Below, one piece after another: positions 56,314-64,000 of a stretch of DNA of 64,000 nucleotides. The DNA lies in the IMG/VR virus record IMGVR_UViG_3300028840_004314, positions 20,486 to 84,485 of that record. One strand, given 5' to 3'. The position numbers and the translations under genes were made by a program. The notes beneath the pieces were generated by a model. The model was not told the DNA's origin. It was given only the letters and a program-made list of their open reading frames with translations, and made no database searches. The first letter of the stretch is position 1. Every line of letters begins with the position of its first letter. Source of the DNA: a virus.

Positions 56314-57030
56314 ATGATGTCACAATTGAAGGTGTACAGTATCTTTGATTCGATTGATGGTGAAGCTAACGCCTTTGGTGGAGCGGGAGAGCCTTCCACT
56401 TTTCTTCGTCTGGCTGGTTGTAACTTGAACTGTGCCTATTGTGACACAAAGTACGCCCTGAGTTTGGAATCCGGGCACAGCTACAATGTGGACAGTCTCA
56501 TCAACACCCTGGTCATCAAAAAGAAACTTACTTTTACGGGCGGGGAGCCCTTGTATCAAGGACCACCCGTGGTGGAACTGATCACCGGTTTGATACGAAA
56601 GAATCCAGAAATCCGTATCACAGTGGAAACAAATGGGTCCGTTAACTTTGGTCAATATGGACTCCATCTTTTCCCAAAGAAGAATCTCCGTTTCGTTATG
56701 GACGTGAAAATGCCCTCCTCGGGCGTGGAGGTCCCTTGTGTATGGGACAATTTCGACATTTTAACAGAACATGACGCCGTAAAATTCGTTTGTTGTGATA
56801 TGGACGACGTAAATTTCATGTTCAATAACATTTTACGGAGCACAAGCAGTATATGCCCTGCTAAACGATACATCAGCCCTGGAATTGGGGAGCCTGGTCC
56901 TTTTCAATTGGAGTGGGCCACACAATTGGCTCAAATGGTGGGTGTTCAGGCGAAATTTGTACGGGCCGGGTTACATTTTAGCCTACAGATCCACAAGGTA
57001 TTATGGCCTCATGTGGAGGATGGGCGGTGA
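56314..57030 (+). CDS. queE: 7-carboxy-7-deazaguanine synthase
   Basis: IFDSIDGE, FLRLAGCNLNCAYCDT, TGGEP, ETNG, SLQIHK. Confidence 0.92.
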   Translation: MMSQLKVYSIFDSIDGEANAFGGAGEPSTFLRLAGCNLNCAYCDTKYALSLESGHSYNVDSLINTLVIKKKLTFTGGEPLYQGPPVVELITGLIRKNPEIRITVETNGSVNFGQYGLHLFPKKNLRFVMDVKMPSSGVEVPCVWDNFDILTEHDAVKFVCCDMDDVNFMFNNILRSTSSICPAKRYISPGIGEPGPFQLEWATQLAQMVGVQAKFVRAGLHFSLQIHKVLWPHVEDGR

Positions 57031-57302
57031 GTAGGAAAAGTGAAAAAACTACAGATTGTGTCCACGTAATTGGACATTTTTATGGACTAAAGCGGCTCAT
57101 ATTGATAAATGAACGTGAAGAGTTAGTACAGTACTTTAAGGCCTACAGTACATCGATTTTTAAGCCAGTTGGAAAGAAAGTTGAAAAGGTAGTACAGTTC
57201 TTTGATAATCGACGAGGATACGGTGATTGGTTTAAGTATTGTCCCCGCTGTGGGGAGAAGTTGGATTGGTCCCGGATTAAACAGAATTTTGGTACTAAGT
57301 GA
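57027..57302 (+). CDS. Small Zn-binding protein
   Basis: FKYCPRCGEKL. Confidence 0.55.
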   Translation: MSRKSEKTTDCVHVIGHFYGLKRLILINEREELVQYFKAYSTSIFKPVGKKVEKVVQFFDNRRGYGDWFKYCPRCGEKLDWSRIKQNFGTK

Positions 57303-57325
57303 AACATTTTAGGAGACAGTTGACC

Positions 57326-58081
57326 ATGGCAAAGAAGAAAGACAAACCTCAGACCCCTCCGCCCGCCGAAGATGACAAGTGCGAAGTTTTCGGGACCGGT
57401 TTTGATCCCGACAACAAGGAGTGTCAGGAGTGCGAAACGGAGTACGCTGACGATTACAAGCAGTGCAAGGAGTTGTGCGAGAAGGGTGACGAGCCCAAGG
57501 ACGCCCCCGAAGAGCCGGAACTTCCTGAGGAGGAGCAGGTAGAAAACCAGGAACCCGCTGAAGAGGCCGAGCCAGAAGAGGCCGAGCCCGAAGAGGCCAA
57601 GCCCGAAGAGGCCAAGCCCGAAGAGGCCAAGGACAAGCCCAAGAAGAAGGGCAAGAAGGGCAAGGCGGACGCCAAGGACACCAAGTCGGCGGAGAAGCCC
57701 AAGGACAAGCCCAAAGACAAACCCAAGGACAAGCCCAAGGACGATCAGAAGGCCAAAGACAAAGACAAGCCCAAGGACGATCAGAAGGCCAAAGACAAAG
57801 ACAAGCCCAAGAAGCCGGTAGTTCGTAAGGTTTGTCAGGCCATGATGAATGATGGCAACACCGAGGACGAGATCCTTACCGAGCTCCAGCGGATTTATGA
57901 AGAGGAGCTGGACAAGGATGAGGCGTTTGCCAAGAAGCGTGCCAGATCGACCTACAAGTCGGTCCTTCGTAAGAACAAGAAAGTCGCGGCGGCCGCTGAA
58001 CCCGAGACGGGTGACAATGATCCCGAGCCGGGTGACGGTGAAACCGACCAGAGCGATGAAAATACCAACGAGGCCGAGTAG
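57326..58081 (+). CDS. Highly charged low-complexity protein (possible nucleoid/DNA-binding protein) with Cys cluster
   Basis: EEAKP and KPKD repeats; five Cys in the N-domain; G/C-ending codon bias; own terminator. Confidence 0.6.
   Translation: MAKKKDKPQTPPPAEDDKCEVFGTGFDPDNKECQECETEYADDYKQCKELCEKGDEPKDAPEEPELPEEEQVENQEPAEEAEPEEAEPEEAKPEEAKPEEAKDKPKKKGKKGKADAKDTKSAEKPKDKPKDKPKDKPKDDQKAKDKDKPKDDQKAKDKDKPKKPVVRKVCQAMMNDGNTEDEILTELQRIYEEELDKDEAFAKKRARSTYKSVLRKNKKVAAAAEPETGDNDPEPGDGETDQSDENTNEAE
57560..57810 (+). repeat. Coding tandem repeats (15-nt, 12-nt and 36-nt units)
   Basis: GAAGAGGCC(G/A)AGCCN x5; AAGCCCAAGGAC units; exact 36-mer at 57731-57766 and 57767-57802. Confidence 0.85.
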
Positions 58082-58134
58082 GCCAACAGTACTGACATGA
58101 TCCCCGATTAGGTAGGTTGGGTGGTTCAGTTGCT

Positions 58135-58175
58135 CCGGTAGGGTCTAATGGGTGGGCCCTACCGGTTTTCTTTTT
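58135..58175 (+). terminator. Intrinsic terminator
   Basis: CCGGTAGGGTCTA-loop-TGGGCCCTACCGG-TTTTCTTTTT. Confidence 0.85.
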
Positions 58176-58187
58176 GAAAGGGGTGAG

Positions 58188-58892
58188 ATGATGGCGGGTA
58201 CAATGACAGATAAGAGGGTGCTGTTGTTTTCAGGGGGGATAGATTCATTGGTGTCCTGGGAGTTTCTGGACAGACCAAAGTGCGTTTACTTCGATTTGAA
58301 GGTGGATTACTCGGAGAGGGAGAAGGTAGCTGTAAGAACCTTGGTTCCCAACGTCATCATAGACAATTCCTTGAATATGTCAGAACGCCAACAACGCGGA
58401 CATCTCGCCATCATTCCGTACCGAAACCTTCTGATGGCCATACAGGCCACTAAGTATGGAGATAACGTTTTCATAGGCGGGTTGGCTGATGACATCATGA
58501 AGGACAATGGACCCGCCGCCTACGCCAGTATGGAAATCATACTCAATCACTTATCTGAAACACATCAGAATTTCTCCGTACGTGGTGGACTTCCTGGTAG
58601 TATGACGAAGAGCCAGGCTGTGGGATGGTTTTTGAGGTATAGTAAGTTCAAGGACCCAGTGTATACCCTGGTTAAACATTCTGTGTCCTGCTACAGTACG
58701 GAGTCTAACTATTGTGGTAGGTGTAAATCCTGTTTTCGGAAATGGTTGGCACTAAGGGTCAATGGGATTGATATTCTGGAGTATGACAAGGATGCCATGC
58801 AGTACCATGTAAAACATATGTTTGAAGGATCGTGTCACCCGGATTTGGTGTTTGAAGCGGAGCGTTACGCCGTACCGTACATGAAAGGATAG
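58188..58892 (+). CDS. queC: 7-cyano-7-deazaguanine synthase-like protein
   Basis: LLFSGGIDS, IPYRNLL, TKSQ, SCY...CGRCKSCFRK. Confidence 0.85.
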   Translation: MMAGTMTDKRVLLFSGGIDSLVSWEFLDRPKCVYFDLKVDYSEREKVAVRTLVPNVIIDNSLNMSERQQRGHLAIIPYRNLLMAIQATKYGDNVFIGGLADDIMKDNGPAAYASMEIILNHLSETHQNFSVRGGLPGSMTKSQAVGWFLRYSKFKDPVYTLVKHSVSCYSTESNYCGRCKSCFRKWLALRVNGIDILEYDKDAMQYHVKHMFEGSCHPDLVFEAERYAVPYMKG

Positions 58893-58898
58893 TACAAT

Positions 58899-59870
58899 AT
58901 GTTAGAGAGGTTATACTGTGCCGGGGCCCTTCATACCAGTGGTTGGGACTTATGGGTGAAGGAGATGATTGAGACTGAGAGGATGTATGTTTTGGAGTCC
59001 TTTTGGTACGGTGGGTCCATAAAGAACAAATTCAATAAGTCTAAGCACTTCAAATTGTTTTTGGACTCTGGGGCCTTTTCCTGGTACAACTCTGTGACGA
59101 AAAAGGGCCAGGTTCCTACGGCGAAGGATAAACAGGAGTACATGGACAGGTACATCGCTTTCATCAAGGAGTTTCCGGATCGTTGGCATTGTTGTGCCAA
59201 CTTGGATGTTATTGGCGATCCAGAGCAGACTTGGAAGAACCAGAAGTACATGGAGGAACAGGGGGCTACACCCATTCCGGTGTTTCACTATACACACAAT
59301 CAGGCTGACATTCACAAGGAATCCGCGGAGTTTGATTACTTCATCCGATATATCGAGGAGTATCCCTATATCGCCGTGGGTGGTGGTGCCAGTAGTGGTC
59401 TTACGAGGGAGTCCTACGTCGAGCGGTTTGGCGATAAGGTGTTTGGTGAGATCGAGAACCGGGGATTGAAGACCAAGGTCCACGGTTTTGGAGTAACCTC
59501 CTTTATGTTGATGAAGCGGTACCCATGGTACAGTGTTGATAGTACCTCCTGGATTCAATATTCAGCCAATGGAAGGGTTCTTATTCCTCAGTTTGATTTG
59601 GAGGGAGAACCCATTTTTGATGATACACCAAATGCCATGTTTGGTAGTGCTGTTTCCAGGGAGATGGGACGTCACTTTGATCTTTGTCTCTCTGACATGG
59701 AACGGGAGAGAGTACATAGGTACTTTGATGAGCTTCATCCTTTGGTCAATGTTCCGGATCTGGAGAAGTATGACTACATCCGCAACTTGGCCAACTTCCT
59801 CTTCTTTGAGAATTTTGTTAACTCCACAAAGGGAACACAATCCGAGTTAAAAGGAAGGACGTTTTTCTAA
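58899..59870 (+). CDS. dpdA: TGT-fold DNA deazaguanine transglycosylase (DpdA-like)
   Basis: FLDSGAFS, NLDVIGD, PVFH, VHGFG, SVDSTSW; adjacent to queC. Confidence 0.75.
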   Translation: MLERLYCAGALHTSGWDLWVKEMIETERMYVLESFWYGGSIKNKFNKSKHFKLFLDSGAFSWYNSVTKKGQVPTAKDKQEYMDRYIAFIKEFPDRWHCCANLDVIGDPEQTWKNQKYMEEQGATPIPVFHYTHNQADIHKESAEFDYFIRYIEEYPYIAVGGGASSGLTRESYVERFGDKVFGEIENRGLKTKVHGFGVTSFMLMKRYPWYSVDSTSWIQYSANGRVLIPQFDLEGEPIFDDTPNAMFGSAVSREMGRHFDLCLSDMERERVHRYFDELHPLVNVPDLEKYDYIRNLANFLFFENFVNSTKGTQSELKGRTFF

Positions 59871-60931
59871 TGAATCGAGTAGAACTGGTAGATAGATTGA
59901 GTATCGCGGCATCCTGTGTTGGAAACAGTAACCTTGTGAAGGAGTACAACTATCTGGGTGTGAGAGGCTCCAAAGTTACAGCCAACAATGGAGTATGCTC
60001 TGTGATGGTTCCTTTGGAGGATCCTGTCGGTTTTGTTGCCGCTGTTCCTGGGGTGGAGTTTGTAAGACTATTGAAAGACATGTCGGCCAAGGAGGTTTCG
60101 TTTGTGAAGGATGGAAACTCTCTTCAGGTGAAGAGTGGGAGGAGTAAGGGGGAGTTTGGTGTGTTATCGGAGATACCTGGGGCTCTGGATCACGATCCCA
60201 ACGGGTTGGCTTGGCACACTTTGGGGGAGGATCTTCGTACTGGGTTGTTGAAAGCCAGTATGTGTGTATCCAAGGACCTTCGCGGAGTTTTACGGGCTGT
60301 ATTGGTGGACGGGAAAAGGCTGATCGCCACCGATAGAAACAGGATCATTCGATACAACCTGGAGGATAAACATACACGCTTCATTCTACCGTTGGAGATG
60401 ATACGTCTTCTTGGTAAGTACAAGAAGGAGATTACCAAGATTTCCGAGTTGAATCCGGAGGACGGGCTTATCCGATTCCGCCATGAGTGTGGGGCCATCT
60501 TTACTACGCAGGTTCTTCAGGAGGACTACCCTGACTTGAATCCACACTTCCCGGACTTTGACAAACTGACTACCTTGGAGTTTTCCTCCGGCCGTAGAAG
60601 GTCCGAGGGTATTCATACCGTGGTGGAACGTCAATTGAATTTCATGAAGGAGGTAAAGGAGTTCGATAAGGAAACTGTGATTAACGTGGACGGGGACACA
60701 TGTACGTTGACGTCCTTGGATCACAACAAGGCCCAGCTGGTGGACACAGTTGCCTTGGGATCCGATACGGAGGAGGAGTTGGAGTTTACAGTCAACCTGA
60801 ATTTGTTGAAGGACGTTTTGGAAACTACCAGGATGTTTTACTTTGAGAAGTCCAAGGGTCTTATCGGATTCAAAACTGACAAATTTGAATACATCACCCT
60901 TACTAAAAGGAAACAGAAGGAGGAGAAGTAG
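59870..60931 (+). CDS. dnaN: DNA sliding clamp (Pol III beta-like)
   Basis: 353 aa; LRAVLV...ATDRNRI, EDYPD, FTVNLNLLKDVL. Confidence 0.75.
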   Translation: MNRVELVDRLSIAASCVGNSNLVKEYNYLGVRGSKVTANNGVCSVMVPLEDPVGFVAAVPGVEFVRLLKDMSAKEVSFVKDGNSLQVKSGRSKGEFGVLSEIPGALDHDPNGLAWHTLGEDLRTGLLKASMCVSKDLRGVLRAVLVDGKRLIATDRNRIIRYNLEDKHTRFILPLEMIRLLGKYKKEITKISELNPEDGLIRFRHECGAIFTTQVLQEDYPDLNPHFPDFDKLTTLEFSSGRRRSEGIHTVVERQLNFMKEVKEFDKETVINVDGDTCTLTSLDHNKAQLVDTVALGSDTEEELEFTVNLNLLKDVLETTRMFYFEKSKGLIGFKTDKFEYITLTKRKQKEEK

Positions 60932-60932
60932 T

Positions 60933-61055
60933 ATGGAGTCATCTACAAAACACCAACAGGAGGAGCAGTTCGATAGGTGTATTGTACTGGGGGTGTTGTT
61001 CACCATCCTATTTGTTGCATTGGTGGTGGTTGTTGTGAGTCTGGCAACATCATAG
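60933..61055 (+). CDS. Small membrane protein
   Basis: Single long hydrophobic helix; SD GGAGGAG. Confidence 0.45.
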   Translation: MESSTKHQQEEQFDRCIVLGVLFTILFVALVVVVVSLATS

Positions 61056-61087
61056 GGTGTGTCCAGGGAGTATTGTAAGGAGTTTCA

Positions 61088-61501
61088 TTGATGGGAACTA
61101 ACTTCTACACTATGGATGGGAAACATGTAGGGAAACGATCCGCGGCCGGTTGGTTTTGTTGGGATTGTGGAGTTACCCTGTGTAAGGCGGGGAACGCTGG
61201 TGTCCATCTTAATAAGGAATGGTACGAATCTTGTCCTAAATGTGGTAGTAAACCCGAGGAGGAATCCTTGGAAGGTGGTTCTGTGGGAAGGGAGTTGGGT
61301 TTTAACACAAGTAGTCCCTGTAGGAAGACGGGAGTAAAAAGTTGTGCCAGTTTTACATGGGCGGTACCACCGGAGTCCATTCGCCAGAAACGATCTTTCC
61401 GCGACGGGTATGATAGAAGGTATAGTAAGGAGGAATTTGATGCTGTGTTGGAGGAGTGTCCAATACAGTATTACGATTCTATAGGACATATTTTTAGTTG
61501 A
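61088..61501 (+). CDS. Zn-finger hypothetical protein
   Basis: MGTNFY, HVGKRSAAG.FCWDC...CPKCG. Confidence 0.6.
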   Translation: MMGTNFYTMDGKHVGKRSAAGWFCWDCGVTLCKAGNAGVHLNKEWYESCPKCGSKPEEESLEGGSVGRELGFNTSSPCRKTGVKSCASFTWAVPPESIRQKRSFRDGYDRRYSKEEFDAVLEECPIQYYDSIGHIFS

Positions 61502-61514
61502 CGGGAGGTTGACT

Positions 61515-61922
61515 ATGAGATTGTGGCACCATGCTTTGTTGTCTCATCTACCTAAGCAGTGGCTTCAAGGACAACATAGGGAGTGTTGTGCCCTTCGAGG
61601 GAGGGGTTGGGGTAAGATGCACAGTACTGTGGACTACGTGTTTTGTCATCCATACTCCATGTTGTACTTCTATCATCAGAAGGTGATAGACGTACTTATT
61701 TCTAAACATAAGGTTAATGTGAATTTGGTTTGGACGTTTCTACCTTACCGAGGGAAGAATATTGGAAGTGATTACTCCGACTTTGTTATGAATCCGCCGA
61801 AGGGTTCCGTATTATCCACATATCCGGAACATAACGATGAGTATTTACAGGAGTGTTTGGAGAATCTTCGTGGGAAGGGTATCCACATATCCGAGGAGGT
61901 TCTAGAAGATGCAGGAGTGTAA
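61515..61922 (+). CDS. TIGR02328-family (pyrimidine-dimer glycosylase-like) protein
   Basis: MRLWH..L...LP.Q.L.GQHRECCALRG.GWGK.HSTVDYVF...YPEHNDEYLQECLENL. Confidence 0.8.
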   Translation: MRLWHHALLSHLPKQWLQGQHRECCALRGRGWGKMHSTVDYVFCHPYSMLYFYHQKVIDVLISKHKVNVNLVWTFLPYRGKNIGSDYSDFVMNPPKGSVLSTYPEHNDEYLQECLENLRGKGIHISEEVLEDAGV

Positions 61923-62220
61923 AGACTGCTTCTTTTTTAGGCCGGTTCGTCGTAGCGGGAATGGTCTAGTTAGGACGGCGAAATGTCTACATAGGGATTG
62001 TTTTGATCAAGTTCCCTATATCAGTGAGTATGGTTTGGCGTGTTCTAGAACAGTGAGGAAGTACAATTATCTGGATTTTAATTTGGAGGGAAAATGTCCT
62101 AGGTTCGTTAGGGTGGAACACCTTAGGGCTCCCATTTTTCCAGGAATAGGGTGGTTGCGTTGGCTTACTAAGGATGTGATGCACATCGTGGAGACAGACA
62201 GTACAAAGGAAGGGTCGTAG
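61909..62220 (+). CDS. Cys-rich hypothetical protein
   Basis: CKDCFFF...C...C; SD GAGGAGG. Confidence 0.5.
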   Translation: MQECKDCFFFRPVRRSGNGLVRTAKCLHRDCFDQVPYISEYGLACSRTVRKYNYLDFNLEGKCPRFVRVEHLRAPIFPGIGWLRWLTKDVMHIVETDSTKEGS

Positions 62221-62221
62221 T

Positions 62222-64000
62222 ATGGGGTATGTTCAACCATTCTTTTTGGATGGTGGCGATATTGTGGAGCCTACACCTAGGAAACCTAGGAAACGGTCTG
62301 GTAGTAAGTCCAGCTCTGGACGTAAGCAATCCACAAAAAAGCCAGTGATACGTGATTGTAGTACATGTAAACTGGACCAACAATGCCGTACGCCGGAGAT
62401 GGACCTATACGGCGAAGGAGGGGCCGGTATTATGATCGTATCCCTTAGGCCCGGTTTAGAGTCCGACCGCGAAGGTAGGGCGGCCTTGGGATCCTCCTGG
62501 CTCTTGATAGGGGACGCCCTCCGGGCCCATGGGTTCAACCTTCGAAAAGACTGTATTAGTACAAATTTGGTTCTATGTAGACCCCCTTTCAATCCGGATG
62601 GCACTGTACGAGATCCTAGCGCCTTTGAGATCGAGTGTTGTACTCCTAAACTACACAAAGACATTTCTGACATCAAACCTAAGGTGATTATCGCTTTTGG
62701 ATCCCCGGCTCTCCAGGCGGTCGCGGGACATCCGGAGATGCCCAAGTTTAGTGTAACTAACTATCGTGGGCGTGTTCTTCCAATAAGGAGATGGAATGCT
62801 TGGGTGGGTTGTAGTTTTCATCCTAGATTTGTACGTATGACTCGGGATGACAACTTGTACACAGCTCATGAGGAGATGCTGATACGTGATGTGGGGGAGG
62901 CTTTAAAGTATTTGAACGAGCCACTACCGGAGGCTCTTACAGAGGATGGTAACATATGGCTCAAGGACGCCAAGGAGGCCAGGGACTACCTGTATAAGTT
63001 GGCGGATGATATTGATGGTCCTCCTGTAACTTTTGACTATGAGACCAATTCAAAGGATCCCTTTGAGGAGAATTTGGAAACACTATCTGTGTCGTTTGCC
63101 ACCACACCCAAGAAGGGGTATGGAATAGCATTATGTAGGGAGTGGAATGGGTGGAGTGATGATGAGCAGGATATGGTGGAGGATGCTCTTTGTGACTTTC
63201 TTACTAGTGCCAGACGTAAGGTAGTACAGAATTCCAACTATGAACAGCTGTGGTCCAGCCAGTTTTATGGTTGTAAGGTGAGAAACGTCATACACGACAC
63301 TATGTTGGGTAATCATGTAGTTTATTGTCGTAAGGGGTGTAACGGTTTGGATGAAATTACGTACGCCCTCACTGGAATAACCTACAAGAAGATGGTGGAC
63401 ATTCGGAATTTGAAGGCGGAACCACCCCAGAACGTCATCAATTACAACTGTTTTGACGTTCGTTACCAGATTATGGGTTATAAGTCCCAGAGACAGGTGA
63501 TGGAGAAACCTCAAAAGGACTTCTATGTGATGTGTAATCGTTCCTTACCTACGTTGGCCAGAATGTCCAACCGTGGAACGCGTATAGATGTCCCAAAGTT
63601 GAAAGGTTTTCAGGAGTCCTGTGCGGAGGAGTTGGATACAACTACAAGAAGGTTGATGAAATTAGATTGTGTCCATCAGTTCGAGAAGAAAAACAACAAA
63701 ACACTCAATCTGAACGCCAAACAGCAAATAGCCAGTATTGTGTTCGATATTCTAGGAGAGAAGCCCACCCGGTTCTCCAAGAAAACGGAAAACAGGTCCA
63801 TGGATAAGAAGGTGGTGGAAGAACTTTTGCTGGATCATAAACATGAGGAGACGAAGGAGTTTCTTACACTGTTGGATCATTACAATAGGTACGAGAGTTT
63901 CCGAAAACTGATCAAGAACTGGTTTGGTTTGATTGATCCCAATGGGTTCCTTCATCCATTGTTTAAGTTGCATGTAGCCAGGACGTACCGGTCCTCCTCC
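62222..64000 (+). CDS. polA: Family A DNA polymerase with N-terminal UDG-family-4-like domain (truncated by the window end; absent from the ORF track)
   Basis: Read from ATG 62222: CSTCKL...C, TNLVLCRPP, EIECC, KPKVIIAFG, FHP (UDG-like); VTFDYET (exo I); LHPLFKLHVARTYRSSS at the window end in the same frame. Confidence 0.85.
   Translation, partial: MGYVQPFFLDGGDIVEPTPRKPRKRSGSKSSSGRKQSTKKPVIRDCSTCKLDQQCRTPEMDLYGEGGAGIMIVSLRPGLESDREGRAALGSSWLLIGDALRAHGFNLRKDCISTNLVLCRPPFNPDGTVRDPSAFEIECCTPKLHKDISDIKPKVIIAFGSPALQAVAGHPEMPKFSVTNYRGRVLPIRRWNAWVGCSFHPRFVRMTRDDNLYTAHEEMLIRDVGEALKYLNEPLPEALTEDGNIWLKDAKEARDYLYKLADDIDGPPVTFDYETNSKDPFEENLETLSVSFATTPKKGYGIALCREWNGWSDDEQDMVEDALCDFLTSARRKVVQNSNYEQLWSSQFYGCKVRNVIHDTMLGNHVVYCRKGCNGLDEITYALTGITYKKMVDIRNLKAEPPQNVINYNCFDVRYQIMGYKSQRQVMEKPQKDFYVMCNRSLPTLARMSNRGTRIDVPKLKGFQESCAEELDTTTRRLMKLDCVHQFEKKNNKTLNLNAKQQIASIVFDILGEKPTRFSKKTENRSMDKKVVEELLLDHKHEETKEFLTLLDHYNRYESFRKLIKNWFGLIDPNGFLHPLFKLHVARTYRSSS

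Noticed and set aside
55922-56323. 133-aa minus-strand ORF across the divergent intergenic region
   Set aside because: Runs through T-tracts, palindromes and a promoter; more likely regulatory DNA
1-64000. Stop-codon reassignment as in some jumbo phages
   Set aside because: Conserved genes are full length in the standard code and end in TAA, TAG and TGA with tight coupling
1-64000. Apparent excess of GGATCC/GTAC and scarcity of GCGC as a modification-target signature
   Set aside because: Impression by eye only; needs a Markov-normalised k-mer count

Overview
This window is part of a large (jumbo-like) myovirus genome with a T4-type tail module, read in the standard genetic code. It has five blocks. 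(1) 83-27049 (+): virion genes, including fibre and neck proteins, a run of acidic probable head-internal proteins, sheath, two tube-like proteins, a probable +1-frameshifted tail chaperone, tape measure, baseplate (gp48/53/27/PAAR/gp5/gp25/gp6/gp7-like) and a tail fibre. (2) 27062-42075 (+): a ~15 kb sugar-modification cluster with NeuB, NeuA, a PtmA-like SDR, three Maf/MptE-like transferase domains, GT2/GT4/GT-A glycosyltransferases, three methyltransferases, a radical SAM enzyme, Nmad1, an NDT-like protein and a metallophosphoesterase. (3) 42323-48427 (-): small early-type genes, a sigma-like protein and a DUF932-like protein, behind two sigma70 promoters. (4) 48846-55928 (-): folE, primase, thyX, SNF2 helicase and DnaB. 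(5) 56314-64000 (+): queE, queC, a dpdA/TGT-like gene, beta clamp, a TIGR02328-like gene and a UDG-PolA fusion that runs off the window. The most interesting items are the phage-encoded nonulosonic-acid glycosylation locus, a shared N-terminal leader on probable packaged proteins, a CCC-UUU-CGG +1 frameshift, and a switch-like RNA leader upstream of folE. All calls come from motif recognition by eye; no database search or folding program was run.
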